A stretch of 64,000 nt of DNA from a virus: IMG/VR virus record IMGVR_UViG_3300032236_001304, positions 1-64,000 of that record; one strand, 5' to 3'. A program made the translations under genes and the position numbers. Shown in pieces: positions 39,901-50,331 of the stretch (within the stretch, counting starts at the first letter, position 1; each line of letters begins with the position of its first letter). The notes beneath the pieces are model-generated. The model worked only from the letters and a program-made list of their open reading frames with translations, was not told where the DNA came from and ran no database searches.

Positions 39901-41699
39901 CAGGCGATGTAATTGGTAAAAAATATGGTTATTTAAAAATAAACAATCAATTATTTGATAATATATCATATCCGTTTTACGATGGTAATTATCATAGTAT
40001 ATTAATTAACAAAAGTGGTAGTTCAATTACTACATATGTTAAAACAAATGATAAAGACAGAATTATACATAGTGCTGAGTGGAATGCTACTATTGTAGAA
40101 AGTGATTACGAAAATACAACTACATTATCATTCACAGGATTTAAAGGTCATTTAGAAGAGTTTAGATTATGGAATACTAACTTAAGTGAGAGTGTATTTG
40201 ATAATCACGTAATAATGCCTGAGGCGATAAATGGTAATGATATTTATGGTTCTACAAATGATTTATTATTAAGATTAGATTTTGAAAGACCACAGAGTTT
40301 ATTTACTACTAGTTCAATTAATAATGTAGCACCTAATTTAAACTATATAGATTCAGTAGAAACTATTGGTTTTGCAAGTGCATCTAATTATCCATGGAAT
40401 TATGAAGTATTAGAAAGACAAGTATCTTTAACAATTCCTAATAGTGGAGCAAGTAGATATTACACTAATAAAGTAAGATTAGAATCACAACAATTAGTAG
40501 GTAATTTATCTCCAACAAAAAGAGCAACTAAAAAAGCATTTGAAACATCTACAAAAGATTCTAATAGAGTAGGTTTATTTTTCTCACCTAATAAAGATTT
40601 GGATTTAGATATTGCAAAATCATTGGGTGGTGAATCATTTGATGATTTTATCGGTGACCCTCAATATGAATATGGATATACAACTTATCCTGAATTAGAT
40701 ACTATACGAAACTATTATTTTGAAAGAGTAGGTGAACGAAACTTATATGAGTTTATTCGTTTAATTAAATTCTATGATAAATCATTATTTGTTAATTTAA
40801 AAGAAATGTTGCCAGTTAGAGCAAATGCTACAACAGGTCTTTTAATAGCACCACATTTATTAGAAAGAAATAAAGTTAAAATAAATAGACCCAAAGTTGA
40901 AGCAGAGAGTTTAGAGGGTATTGTAAAAGAAACTCAAATTACAGATTTAGTTGGTAATTATAATGTATTAGATAGTGAATTAGATTTAAGAGATACATTA
41001 AATAATATAAGTGCAATTAATGAAGATTTAGATGCGGAAATAAATGCAACTGATACCTACAATTTTGCTGCAGAAGATTTAACATATGAAGTTACAATTG
41101 ATAATGATTTGGGAAATGTAGCTAGTGCAGAATGGGAAACGTATGATGGAACAATTGATTATAATAGATATGCTGGAACGTTAACAACTGAATTTGAATT
41201 ACTTGGTTCTGGGCAAGTTGTTGGTATGGGATTATATGATGATTATGGATTTAATACTTATTTTACAAACGGATATGGAAAATATCATTATGAAGAAAAT
41301 GGTTCATTTAAATCTAAAGGTGTAAGAGGATTTTTAGTAACTAGAAAACATACTTATTTATATCCAAGTGCAAGTATTAATGGTATTGTATCTACGGTGG
41401 CGACTTCATCTTTTTCACAAGATTTAATTATACAAGATTTTAGTTCTAGTTTAGGATTACAAGGAGATCCTAATATAATTAGTATCGTTACAGCAAGTGG
41501 ATATTTACCATCTCATCATATTTATAAAGGTGAAAAACACACTGGTATGCAGAATTTGTTTTACAATGGTTCTAAACAAACAAAATATACTACAATAGAC
41601 GGTAAAGATGCAGTTGAAACATTTGTAACTAATCCAACTACATTACGAGTTACTAAACAAGGTAGAAGTAATAACGAACCAATCTTAGAAGTTGATTAA
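36915..41699 (+). CDS. large baseplate wedge-like structural protein (1594 aa) with LamG-like segment
   Basis: FLDMVGNYFD..NNLPYLLKHKGS..CYGIP..EFGG; FKGHLEEFRLW. Confidence 0.65.
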   Translation: MGYLENLYSKNMTGGNYIPFNSLDIFNETISSGTSGNSGGYTPAVKSPGNDLKIFLTNTSQYKGQMTFNVQNQNYNEGTSIAIDSNTINDSLLIKPIVNDGYTLKNYFQFVKGSNGKILFNTYNGRNELQGTKQLELPDTLDLGFDLDVTPKIVTKTTATKIQSVFLTTNYNNSTLNNELEVTIGSNDLSSPKKLKIGDSVDISNINNTSSDLNISVSGLSSFNLKNIRWQYANKFSSNSVFDINDFNILTGDTTAVIKNTIFNSNIVLLIEVVPNTANYPTLTLDKNTITTNIAESVFANKSDYSINVDCKITKADSVKIKTPYREFTQTVSNGIFLDLQNDFKNNEGQFKVLLTPYSNLYGDGITQSILITIGKVFDTPIIDKIDYPTNVTIPVYSFGDTNFTILFESTLANKVLIYHTKEDDVNLFGKFNANDKIILNYNSIKAFNTNATLDLLIVPYNGNIKGEIERISISFDDPGFYVSTQNLKDELFNAIASQLKLNLNKSSYLNHLTSFDVDDKQIIISNWDTDTNTFTKFKTDELGNQIPDGQISKTIVLKLYEPLPTNINKNDTLWISELMALPILQSVVISGNNEDNCIPLRAANFNIEVDFVKGQSTGFESYDSLILSGSTTSQQLIDKYLTENFIDVKGINIKYASGSTPTFENFVKYSSAVERLANFRYKKELAEWYDDKINTLSDVATSTTTALNLDIQNYITKKTNLVTGFDGWETYLTQSVFTGSFNNNIDVYNNYYTLASEYDRTNNNALKNNLPLHIIDDNNNLDYVLFLDMVGNYFDILWAYIKGISDQRKISEQKSDGISDDLLYQYLKSFGWDAKNLNSNKQLWDYTFGYNNEGVTGSFTSDVHLGENNTLITPEAANSQIWRRIANNLPYLLKHKGSIRGINALLTCYGIPASNISIMEFGGPNIQTVEDSPKFIYDSLTHNLVFDNVSASLNIPFNGTPKPQSIEFKFKPNDFESYTFITGSNFKIGIVANNSGDVIGKKYGYLKINNQLFDNISYPFYDGNYHSILINKSGSSITTYVKTNDKDRIIHSAEWNATIVESDYENTTTLSFTGFKGHLEEFRLWNTNLSESVFDNHVIMPEAINGNDIYGSTNDLLLRLDFERPQSLFTTSSINNVAPNLNYIDSVETIGFASASNYPWNYEVLERQVSLTIPNSGASRYYTNKVRLESQQLVGNLSPTKRATKKAFETSTKDSNRVGLFFSPNKDLDLDIAKSLGGESFDDFIGDPQYEYGYTTYPELDTIRNYYFERVGERNLYEFIRLIKFYDKSLFVNLKEMLPVRANATTGLLIAPHLLERNKVKINRPKVEAESLEGIVKETQITDLVGNYNVLDSELDLRDTLNNISAINEDLDAEINATDTYNFAAEDLTYEVTIDNDLGNVASAEWETYDGTIDYNRYAGTLTTEFELLGSGQVVGMGLYDDYGFNTYFTNGYGKYHYEENGSFKSKGVRGFLVTRKHTYLYPSASINGIVSTVATSSFSQDLIIQDFSSSLGLQGDPNIISIVTASGYLPSHHIYKGEKHTGMQNLFYNGSKQTKYTTIDGKDAVETFVTNPTTLRVTKQGRSNNEPILEVD

Positions 41700-41755
41700 A
41701 AATAATGTAAAGAAAAAATATTTTATATATTTATAAAAAGAAATAACAAACTATT

Positions 41756-42379
41756 ATGGCATATTTAGATAACACAACGATTACAGTAGATGCTATCCTT
41801 ACAAAAAAAGGAAGAGAAAAATTAGCAGCTGGTCAACCTTTAAACATTACACAATTTGCATTAGGTGATGATGAAATTGATTATAATTTATATGATGCAG
41901 CACATCCAAAAGGAAGTGCTTTTTATGATTATGCAATTTTAAAAACACCAATTTTAGAAGCATCTCCGGATGAAACACAAGCATTAAAATACAAATTAGT
42001 AACTTTACCAAAAGGTACAGTAAAAATACCTGTGGTTTCAATTAATGTTGCATCTATTGCAGCAAAAACTACCGGTGGTAAATTCCCTATCACTCCTTCA
42101 ACTTCACCAGCGGGTAATTTGAATGGTGGTTATACAGCAGTATTAGGAAATAAAAATGCTGGTACTATTGTTGGTGAAGGTTTAGCAAATGTAACAACAA
42201 CTTCAACTACATTTACAAATAGTGTAACTGCAACTGCTGAAGTAGTTAAAGGTATGACATTTACTTTCATTCCTAATAGTTCATTAACTTCTACATTAAC
42301 AACAACATTAACTATATTTGGTAACGAAACTGGTGGTAGTATTACTATTCCTGTAACCGTTACTTATGTAGCTGCATAA
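41756..42379 (+). CDS. virion structural protein
   Basis: VDAILTKKGRE..ITQFALGDDEIDY. Confidence 0.65.
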   Translation: MAYLDNTTITVDAILTKKGREKLAAGQPLNITQFALGDDEIDYNLYDAAHPKGSAFYDYAILKTPILEASPDETQALKYKLVTLPKGTVKIPVVSINVASIAAKTTGGKFPITPSTSPAGNLNGGYTAVLGNKNAGTIVGEGLANVTTTSTTFTNSVTATAEVVKGMTFTFIPNSSLTSTLTTTLTIFGNETGGSITIPVTVTYVAA

Positions 42380-42396
42380 AATAATAAAAAACGAAT

Positions 42397-43629
42397 ATGG
42401 CAACTTTAGGTACAAATACCGGAACACAATTAACCAATGATTTAGCAACGTATCTTAACCAACAGAAACAAAATGCTAATGGTACATTAGATACAACTCA
42501 ATTGGCGGCAATCATTAACAACTATCTTACAACAGGTGAGAAGTTAGTAATGGAAACAGGTACAACTACAAATTCAGTATATAAAGCATTTAACACAACT
42601 GATGTAGTACCTGCTAAAAATGAAATCGTAACAACTGGTATATTTAGTAATGGTAGTGGTAGCTTAAGCCAATTTTTTACAAGTTCTACATCAAATGTAG
42701 CTGGTAATGGTTTAAAATTTTATTCTGGTTCAGTTACTTCACCTTATTATTATAATGTATATGCATCATCTGCATCTACTGCTCCAGTTGAATTTTCAGT
42801 AGGATATGGTCATATTAGTGGTGCAGGTGTGCCAAATACAGCAGCAGATCCTAATTCAACTTTAGCTACTAAAGCTACTTATTTTCAATATAGAGCGTTA
42901 TTAACTGATACTGGTGAAAATTATTTTACATTTTATTCTGGTAGTACATTAGATGGATATTCATCAAACGATATTTATTTTATTAATTTAAGTAGAGCAA
43001 ATTACAGAGAAAGAATGGATGCAGGTAACTGGGAAATTCATTTGAGTGGCTCTAAAGGTATTTATACATTCATAGACAATAGTGGTGAAAAATTCAACAC
43101 AGTAAATAGTGGTACAAACGAATTTAATATCGTAAGTGGTACATTGAATTTAGGAACTACAAATCCAGCAACAATTGCTTCAGTTACAGCATCTAATGGA
43201 CAAGGATTTGGTAAATTCTATCCTGATTATGGTATTTTAGTATTCAACCCAACTGCATTAAGTGCTAGTGTTGGTGGTGAATTAGGTGGTTCTACTCAAT
43301 CTTCTTCATATGATTATTCACAAAACGATTTCTTAAATGCAATTAGTGGTGGTGCATATTTTGAAGCAAGAAGAATTGAAAACGTATCAACTGCACACTA
43401 TTTTGTAAGAGTTAATAACAGAGAATTCAATTTTTCAAATAACCCTACTTATACTGATGCTACTGGTTCATTTATTGAGCCTACTTTTACAACAGATCCT
43501 TTAACTTATATTACAACCGTTGGATTGTTTAACGATGCAAACGAAATGATTGCAGTTGCTAAAACATCTCAACCAATAGCTAAATCTTTCAGTAAAGAAT
43601 TATTATTGAAAGTTAAATTAGATTTCTAA
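42397..43629 (+). CDS. virion structural protein
   Basis: EFNFSNNPT..YITTVGLFND..AVAK..VKLDF. Confidence 0.65.
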   Translation: MATLGTNTGTQLTNDLATYLNQQKQNANGTLDTTQLAAIINNYLTTGEKLVMETGTTTNSVYKAFNTTDVVPAKNEIVTTGIFSNGSGSLSQFFTSSTSNVAGNGLKFYSGSVTSPYYYNVYASSASTAPVEFSVGYGHISGAGVPNTAADPNSTLATKATYFQYRALLTDTGENYFTFYSGSTLDGYSSNDIYFINLSRANYRERMDAGNWEIHLSGSKGIYTFIDNSGEKFNTVNSGTNEFNIVSGTLNLGTTNPATIASVTASNGQGFGKFYPDYGILVFNPTALSASVGGELGGSTQSSSYDYSQNDFLNAISGGAYFEARRIENVSTAHYFVRVNNREFNFSNNPTYTDATGSFIEPTFTTDPLTYITTVGLFNDANEMIAVAKTSQPIAKSFSKELLLKVKLDF

Positions 43630-43676
43630 AATATTGTTTGAAAGTATCGTAGAACAAAAATCAAACAACATAAACT

Positions 43677-43704
43677 AACCCAACCTTAAAAAAGTTGGGT
43701 TTTT
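43677..43704 (+). terminator. intrinsic terminator
   Basis: AACCCAAC...GTTGGGTT followed by a T tract. Confidence 0.75.
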
Positions 43705-43730
43705 GTTTAATAAGATATTTATAATAGATT

Positions 43731-44783
43731 ATGTTAAAACACATTCAAAAATCCGATATTAATTTACGACCATTTAAGGTTTATAAATCGTTTGGTGCAA
43801 ATGAAACGGATTATCCAGTAGCAATTGCAGAAGAATCTAGTGATTTAGGATATACTGATGATACTATTTTAGAAAGAAAGACATTATATCATAGAATAAA
43901 AACTATGTATTATAATGGTGATAATGCATTAAATCCATTTTTATCATACGGAACATTTAAACCAACTTATAGTAATTTAGAATCTGCAAAACAACGTTCT
44001 TTAAAAGATAGAGCATTGGTTTTAAAAATTCCACAAATTAAATTTGGTGAAGAAATAAAACCAGGTTCGATTAATTTATTAAATAATGATTTAAATGAAA
44101 TAATATATGATGATTCATATGGTAATTTAAGTTCAAATTATAATTCATATGAATTATTAAAGTTTGATATAGAAAATGCAGATTTTTGGTTTTACGATGC
44201 TGATTCACAGATTGTTAAAACTAAAATAATATATTGTGATGTTGAAGTGGGAGAATTATTAATAGCAACTTTAAATTCTATACAAGAAACTGTTTTTATA
44301 TTATTAAGAGTAGATGTAGAACTTGCAAAAATTTCATTTTTAGGAACATTTAAACATACTGATTTAAATTTATCTATTATTGGAAATGTTATTTATTCAC
44401 ATGGTGTTATTATATTAACAAGAGACACCGGTATAAATGAAGCAAGAGAAAATTCATTACAACAATATACGTTAGAATATAAATCTACGAATACTATTTA
44501 TGAAAATGAAATATTATTAGTAGTAGGTGAGGATGAATTTAATGTATCTACAAATAAAAGTTCACAAATAGAAATAGATGGTTCAATGTTCCAATCTCCA
44601 TTATTTGCAGAATATGAGTATAGTTCATCCGTAGATCCAATTGGTTCTTATTTAGCACCTTATATAACCACCATTGGTTTATATGATGAGAATATGGATA
44701 TGGTAGCAATTGCTAAGTTGGCAACACCTGTAAAATCGACACCAGACCTACCTGTAAATTTCTTAGTAAGATTTGATACTTAA
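43731..44783 (+). CDS. virion structural protein with C-terminus paralogous to 42397-43629
   Basis: EFNVSTN..PYITTIGLYD..AIAKL..VRFDT. Confidence 0.65.
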   Translation: MLKHIQKSDINLRPFKVYKSFGANETDYPVAIAEESSDLGYTDDTILERKTLYHRIKTMYYNGDNALNPFLSYGTFKPTYSNLESAKQRSLKDRALVLKIPQIKFGEEIKPGSINLLNNDLNEIIYDDSYGNLSSNYNSYELLKFDIENADFWFYDADSQIVKTKIIYCDVEVGELLIATLNSIQETVFILLRVDVELAKISFLGTFKHTDLNLSIIGNVIYSHGVIILTRDTGINEARENSLQQYTLEYKSTNTIYENEILLVVGEDEFNVSTNKSSQIEIDGSMFQSPLFAEYEYSSSVDPIGSYLAPYITTIGLYDENMDMVAIAKLATPVKSTPDLPVNFLVRFDT

Positions 44784-44786
44784 TAT

Positions 44787-45488
44787 ATGATTAAAATTTA
44801 TTATCATGTTTTTGCAAAAAATGGTGTTATTGATATTTTAAATGAACACTTTGAATTAATTGAAAAATATTTTAATTTTGAATACGAATTAAACATTGGA
44901 ATTTGTTACGATACTGAAAATAATTTACCAGAAGTTACTGAGTATTTAAATAATAAAAAATGTATAATAAGAAATACAGCGTCTGCAAAGGATTTGACTT
45001 CTGAATGGGTTACTTTAAATTTAATAGAGGGTGATAAACCTACATTTGCAGATGATGATATTATTTTATATTTACATACAAAAGGAATTACAAGAATTAA
45101 TGATGACTTGTATGATAATGTTTGTTCTTGGAGACAAATGTTAAATTATTTTTTATTAGAAAGGATTAATGATATATTAGTAATTTTTAATAATACAGAT
45201 TATAATATGTATTGTATTAGTAAACATAGTTATAATTCCGAATTAGAACCTGAACATTTTCATATGAATGGTAATTTTTGTGCATTAAAAGGTAAATATG
45301 TTAAAACCATAGATACCACATTAGGTAACAGATCTGCAAAAAATGATGTTGAAAATAGATTTTGGCAAATGGGGTTGGATAGAAATCTATATGAAGCATA
45401 TCCATTAAGAGGTAATATTGATTTTTATCATAGTTACTTTAAAAGAAAAGATTATGAAATAAAAGGAAAAACTATTATATTTATATAA
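44787..45488 (+). CDS. putative glycosyltransferase inserted in the late block
   Basis: IYYH..E..TL..LYLHTKG..WR..M..GNF. Confidence 0.5.
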   Translation: MIKIYYHVFAKNGVIDILNEHFELIEKYFNFEYELNIGICYDTENNLPEVTEYLNNKKCIIRNTASAKDLTSEWVTLNLIEGDKPTFADDDIILYLHTKGITRINDDLYDNVCSWRQMLNYFLLERINDILVIFNNTDYNMYCISKHSYNSELEPEHFHMNGNFCALKGKYVKTIDTTLGNRSAKNDVENRFWQMGLDRNLYEAYPLRGNIDFYHSYFKRKDYEIKGKTIIFI

Positions 45489-45499
45489 AACAAAACACA

Positions 45500-45712
45500 A
45501 TGGCAATTATAGACACATACAATAAAAGTGGAATAGCAGCAAAAATTGATAATAATGCTAAAACAGCAGGATTTAAGGCTAACGAACAACAAGGTGATCC
45601 TTCACAATTTGATTTAAGTGCAACTACTTTAGATAAAAAAGATTTAAACGGAAATGCAACCGCTCCTTATACTCCTAAGAAGACGTATGAAGATGTTACT
45701 CCTAGAAAATAA
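45500..45712 (+). CDS. hypothetical protein
   Basis: 70-aa ORF after ATATTTAT 45477-45484. Confidence 0.65.
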   Translation: MAIIDTYNKSGIAAKIDNNAKTAGFKANEQQGDPSQFDLSATTLDKKDLNGNATAPYTPKKTYEDVTPRK

Positions 45713-45714
45713 TA

Positions 45715-46119
45715 ATGGCAAAAAAAGTTACAAAAAAAGGTTGGGTAGCAAAAAAGAATGGTTTTAAAAGTGGTTTAGAAGATACCGTTTCCCAACAAAT
45801 AGAAAGTAAAGGAATTAAAGTAGAATATGAAACAGAGGAAGTTAAATATATCATCCCTGCTTCACCTCACACTTATCATCCTGATTTTAAGTTACCTAAT
45901 GGTATCAGGGTAGAAACGAAAGGTAGATTTGTATTAGCTGATAGAAAGAAACATATATTAGTTAAAGAACAAAATCCTCAATTAGATATTCGTTTCGTAT
46001 TTACCAATTCAAAGAACAAAATCAACAAAAAATCCAAAACTACCTATGCAGATTGGTGTGAAAAGAATGGATTTAAGTATGCCGATAAGGTAATACCAGA
46101 CGAATGGTTTACCGAATAA
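45715..46119 (+). CDS. T7 endonuclease I-like Holliday junction resolvase
   Basis: FKSGLE, YHPDF.LPNG, ETKGRF..DRKKH, DIRFVF, TTYADWC. Confidence 0.92.
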   Translation: MAKKVTKKGWVAKKNGFKSGLEDTVSQQIESKGIKVEYETEEVKYIIPASPHTYHPDFKLPNGIRVETKGRFVLADRKKHILVKEQNPQLDIRFVFTNSKNKINKKSKTTYADWCEKNGFKYADKVIPDEWFTE

Positions 46120-46151
46120 TTTGGTAAATTCAACTATTTTCCGTATATTTG
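46120..46151 (+). promoter_or_regulatory. Bacteroidota-type promoter (probably leaderless primase mRNA)
   Basis: TTTG, 20-nt spacer, TATATTTG 46144-46151; ATG at 46156. Confidence 0.7.
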
Positions 46152-46155
46152 ATAT

Positions 46156-47157
46156 ATGGAGATAATACAACTATTTGATAAATACATTGGACCAAGCAAA
46201 GCTCTTAAGAAAAATGAGCATGCATATCATTGTCCTTTCTGTCATCATCACAAACCAAAACTACAAATAAACGATAAAACCCATAAGTTCCATTGTTGGA
46301 CTTGTAATGCGGGTGGTAATCTTATGTATTTGGGTAAAAAAATTGGAATGGGTGAATTAGACCTAACTGATTTATATGCTAGATGTGGAATGAGTGAAGA
46401 GGTTAGACAGAAATTAAAAGAAGATTGGGGTGGTTCTATTAAAGAATTATTAGATAAAATTACAGCAGAACAAGAAGAAGAACAAGCTGAAAACACATCA
46501 CAATTATTTTTACCACCTGAATTTAAATCAGCATTAGAACTAAAAATAGATAAGAAAAATCCAATTGAAGGACATGCAATAAAATATCTTAAAGAAAGAG
46601 GTATAACTAAAAAACATATCATTAGATATAACATTGGATTTTGTCAAAAAGGATTATATGCAGGTAGAGTTATTATTCCATCATATGATAGTAGAAATCA
46701 ATTAAATTATTTTATAGCAAGAAGTATATTTCCTGATGAGAAACAAAAATACAAAAATCCTCCTGTTTCTAAAGATGTTATAGTATTTTCTAATCAAATT
46801 GACTGGAAACAACCTATCACTTTATGTGAGGGAGTATTTGATGCAATTGCTTTGAAAAGAAATGCTATTCCATTATTAGGTAAATTTGTTCAAAAAACCT
46901 TAATGGGTGCTATTAAAAATACTAACCCAGATGTGTATATTTGTTTAGATTCGGATGCACAAGAAGATGCAATGGTATTATATAACAAAATAAAACCATA
47001 TGTAAAGTCGGTGAAAAACATTAAGTTAGATGGTAAGGATGCGGGTGAAAATAGTTTCCAAAATATTTTGAAATATCAGAAAAATTCCGTAACTTTAAGT
47101 TGGGAAAGCGTATTAAGAGAAAAACTATATAATATAAGTTCTTCTATATTAAAATAA
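46156..47157 (+). CDS. DNA primase (Zn ribbon + TOPRIM)
   Basis: CPFC..HCWTC, YLKERGI, RVIIP, KYKNP, CEGVFDA, LDSD. Confidence 0.9.
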   Translation: MEIIQLFDKYIGPSKALKKNEHAYHCPFCHHHKPKLQINDKTHKFHCWTCNAGGNLMYLGKKIGMGELDLTDLYARCGMSEEVRQKLKEDWGGSIKELLDKITAEQEEEQAENTSQLFLPPEFKSALELKIDKKNPIEGHAIKYLKERGITKKHIIRYNIGFCQKGLYAGRVIIPSYDSRNQLNYFIARSIFPDEKQKYKNPPVSKDVIVFSNQIDWKQPITLCEGVFDAIALKRNAIPLLGKFVQKTLMGAIKNTNPDVYICLDSDAQEDAMVLYNKIKPYVKSVKNIKLDGKDAGENSFQNILKYQKNSVTLSWESVLREKLYNISSSILK

Positions 47158-47164
47158 ACAATAA

Positions 47165-50100
47165 ATGAATAAATTAAAAAGAATTTATCACATTGCAGAC
47201 ATTCACATTAGAAATCTAAAAAGACACCAGGAATATAGAGAGGTATTTGATAGATTATTTAATGACATAAAAAACAGGGGAACTGAAGATTCCCTTATTT
47301 ATTTAGCGGGGGATTTGGCTCACGCAAAATTAGAAATGTCACCGGAGCTTCTTAACGAAATAAATTATTTTCTTAAGAAATGTTGTGAATTATGTCCTAC
47401 CATATTAATCGCTGGTAATCATGATTGTAATTTGAATAATGCTGGTAGATTAGATGTATTGAGTCCAATTGTAGAAGCATTAGATTTACCTAATTTAACT
47501 TATTTAAGAAATACTCAAAGTTATACCTATGGGGGTGTAAGATTTGATACTTTCTCTATTTTTGATGAGAAAGAAAATTGGGTATTTGAACCATTAACAT
47601 CTGATACTAAAAATATTGCATTGTTTCATGGACCTGTATTAGATGCAACTACTGATGTTGGTTATACAATTTCATCTCGTCATTTTACATCAGAAATGTT
47701 TGATGGATATGATTTAGCCCTATTAGGTGATATCCATAAAAGACAAACTATGATTTCACCTAAAGGTTGTAAAGTAGTTTATCCAGGTTCTTTGATTCAA
47801 CAAAATCATGGTGAAGCATTAGATAAACATGGTTATGCTATTTGGAATATGGATGATTTATCAGTTGAATATGTAGATGTTCAAAATGATTATGGTTATT
47901 ATACTTTACATGTTGAGAATGGTATAGTACCTGATGTAACTGATATGCCTCAGAAACCTCGTCTTAGAGTGTTTGTATCTAAAACCGATGCAGCAGATAT
48001 TAAGAGAGTTACTACTGAAATTAAAAAGAAATATAAAGTAGATGAGTTTACTATTACTCGTACCGACACTTTAGCTCGTTTAAGGACGGGTAATAAGGAT
48101 GGTAAGTTGAATGTAGGTAATGTGAACGATCCTCAATACCAAGCTGGTCTTATTAAAGATTACTTAGGTAGAAACTATATGTTGGATGATGAAACATTGG
48201 GTAAGATTGAGGACTTGAACAATAAACTAAACAAAAGATTAAATGATGATGATTTAGTTAAGAACATAGCTTGGAAACCAATTCGTTTTGAGTTTGATAA
48301 TATGTTCAGTTATGGAGAAGATAATATCGTTAACTTTGAAAATATGAAAGGGTTAATGGGTGTGTTCGCTCCAAACGCAAGTGGTAAATCTTCTTTGTTT
48401 GATGCATTATCATTTTGTATATTTGATAAGAGTAGTAGAGCTTTCAAAGCAGCTAACATTCTAAACAATCGTAAAACATCATTTAATTGTAAGTTAGAGT
48501 TCGATATCAATGATGAAAGATTTTTTATTGAAAGAACCGCTAAAACAAGTAAGAAAGGTGATTCAGTTAAATGTGATGTAAACTTTTGGAAAATAGAAGG
48601 TGATGAAATTGTAAACCTAAATGGTGATGAACGTAGAGGAACTGATAAAGTAATTGAATCTTATTTAGGTAAATATGAAGATTTTGTTTTAACTGCATTA
48701 TCTTTACAAGGAAACAATTCTCTATTCATTGATAAATCTCAATCAGAAAGAAAGGATTTATTAGCTCAATTTATGGGTATTAATGTCTTTGATAAGTTAT
48801 ATGACTTAGCAAGTGAAGATATTAAAGAAGTTCAGGTTTTATTAAGAAATTTTAAGAGAACAGATTTTACATCAGAGTTGGCAACAGCAGAAAGTAAATT
48901 AGAATTATTAAAAGATGATTACGAAGAATTTGAAATTGAGAAAGAACGTTATGAAGATAGACAAGATGAATTAAATGAACAAATAACTAATTTATCAGCT
49001 CAATTAGTTCCTATGGATGGTAATTTAGATATTAATGATTTGAATACCAAAAAACAACAATTACAAAATAGTTTAGAGGAATTAAAAGAATTAAGTATTA
49101 CCAAAGCTACAACTCTTAGTGATATTGTTGCTAAGGTAGTAGAACTAAAAAAATTATTAGCTGAAAAAGAAAATCCTAATGGTGTTAATATAGAAGTTGT
49201 ATATTCTAATTATCAAAAAGAACAAAAAGCATTAGTTGAAGCAACTAAAGTATATGATAATGCAAAATTACATTTAAGTTTAGCAAAAGAAAAGATTAAA
49301 CATTTGGATAATCATGAATATGACCCTAATTGTAAATTTTGTTGTGATAATACTTTTGTAAAAGATGCAATGAATGCAAAAAACACATTACCTCAAATAC
49401 AAGAGATAGTAAATCAAGCTATAATAGATTGTACTGGTATTCAACAAACATTGGATACTATGGAAGGTATAGAGGAACAATACAAAGAAGTAACGGAATT
49501 AAAAGCTAAAATACACAAAGGAGTACAAGCACATACAAATAAAACTTTAGAATTTAGTGGTATGGTTACTCAAAAAGAGTTATACGAAGCACAATTAACA
49601 GCAGTTGATTTAGATATTGAAAGATACTATGCCAACGAAGCAAACATTCAAAACAATGATTCTTTAGAGGAACAAATTGATATTAAGAAACAAGAATTAG
49701 CTGGAGTTAGTAAAGACCTAAGAGAGATAGCAACTAGATTATTAGAGTTAAATGGGCAGATAGTTCAAACACAATCTTACATTACATCAGTTACCGATAA
49801 GATGGCTGAAGCAAAAGATTTAGAAGAAAAGTTCCAAATCTACGAATACTATTTAGATGCAGTTAAAAGAGATGGTGTTTCATATGAATTGATTGCAAAG
49901 GCTCTACCAGTGATAGAAGGTGAGGTAAATAACATCTTACAACAAATTGTAGAGTTCGGTATCGTTTTTGATATGAGTGGTAAGAATGTGAACGCTAGGA
50001 TTGTTTATGAGGATCAGCATTGGCCATTAGAAATGTGTAGTGGTATGGAAAAGTTCGTTAGTGGATTGGCAATTAGAGTTGCACTTATTAATGTATGTAA

Positions 50101-50311
50101 CTTACCTCGTCCAAACTTTTTAGTAATTGATGAAGGATTTGGAACATTAGATAGTGATAACTTACAATCTATCTTTATGATGTTTGATTATCTTAAAACA
50201 CAATTTGATTTCATTAATATCATTTCTCACTTGGATGCAATGCGAGATGTAGTAGATACATTAGTTGAAATTAAAAAAATAGATGGGTTCTCACAAATAC
50301 AATATAAATAA
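47165..50311 (+). CDS. fused Mre11/SbcD-Rad50/SbcC (gp47-gp46) recombination nuclease
   Basis: DIH, GD and GNHD phosphoesterase motifs; Walker A APNASGKSS; CKFC hook; SGME signature; Walker B IDEGFGTLD. Confidence 0.92.
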   Translation: MNKLKRIYHIADIHIRNLKRHQEYREVFDRLFNDIKNRGTEDSLIYLAGDLAHAKLEMSPELLNEINYFLKKCCELCPTILIAGNHDCNLNNAGRLDVLSPIVEALDLPNLTYLRNTQSYTYGGVRFDTFSIFDEKENWVFEPLTSDTKNIALFHGPVLDATTDVGYTISSRHFTSEMFDGYDLALLGDIHKRQTMISPKGCKVVYPGSLIQQNHGEALDKHGYAIWNMDDLSVEYVDVQNDYGYYTLHVENGIVPDVTDMPQKPRLRVFVSKTDAADIKRVTTEIKKKYKVDEFTITRTDTLARLRTGNKDGKLNVGNVNDPQYQAGLIKDYLGRNYMLDDETLGKIEDLNNKLNKRLNDDDLVKNIAWKPIRFEFDNMFSYGEDNIVNFENMKGLMGVFAPNASGKSSLFDALSFCIFDKSSRAFKAANILNNRKTSFNCKLEFDINDERFFIERTAKTSKKGDSVKCDVNFWKIEGDEIVNLNGDERRGTDKVIESYLGKYEDFVLTALSLQGNNSLFIDKSQSERKDLLAQFMGINVFDKLYDLASEDIKEVQVLLRNFKRTDFTSELATAESKLELLKDDYEEFEIEKERYEDRQDELNEQITNLSAQLVPMDGNLDINDLNTKKQQLQNSLEELKELSITKATTLSDIVAKVVELKKLLAEKENPNGVNIEVVYSNYQKEQKALVEATKVYDNAKLHLSLAKEKIKHLDNHEYDPNCKFCCDNTFVKDAMNAKNTLPQIQEIVNQAIIDCTGIQQTLDTMEGIEEQYKEVTELKAKIHKGVQAHTNKTLEFSGMVTQKELYEAQLTAVDLDIERYYANEANIQNNDSLEEQIDIKKQELAGVSKDLREIATRLLELNGQIVQTQSYITSVTDKMAEAKDLEEKFQIYEYYLDAVKRDGVSYELIAKALPVIEGEVNNILQQIVEFGIVFDMSGKNVNARIVYEDQHWPLEMCSGMEKFVSGLAIRVALINVCNLPRPNFLVIDEGFGTLDSDNLQSIFMMFDYLKTQFDFINIISHLDAMRDVVDTLVEIKKIDGFSQIQYK

Positions 50312-50331
50312 TATTTATATTAAATACTACT

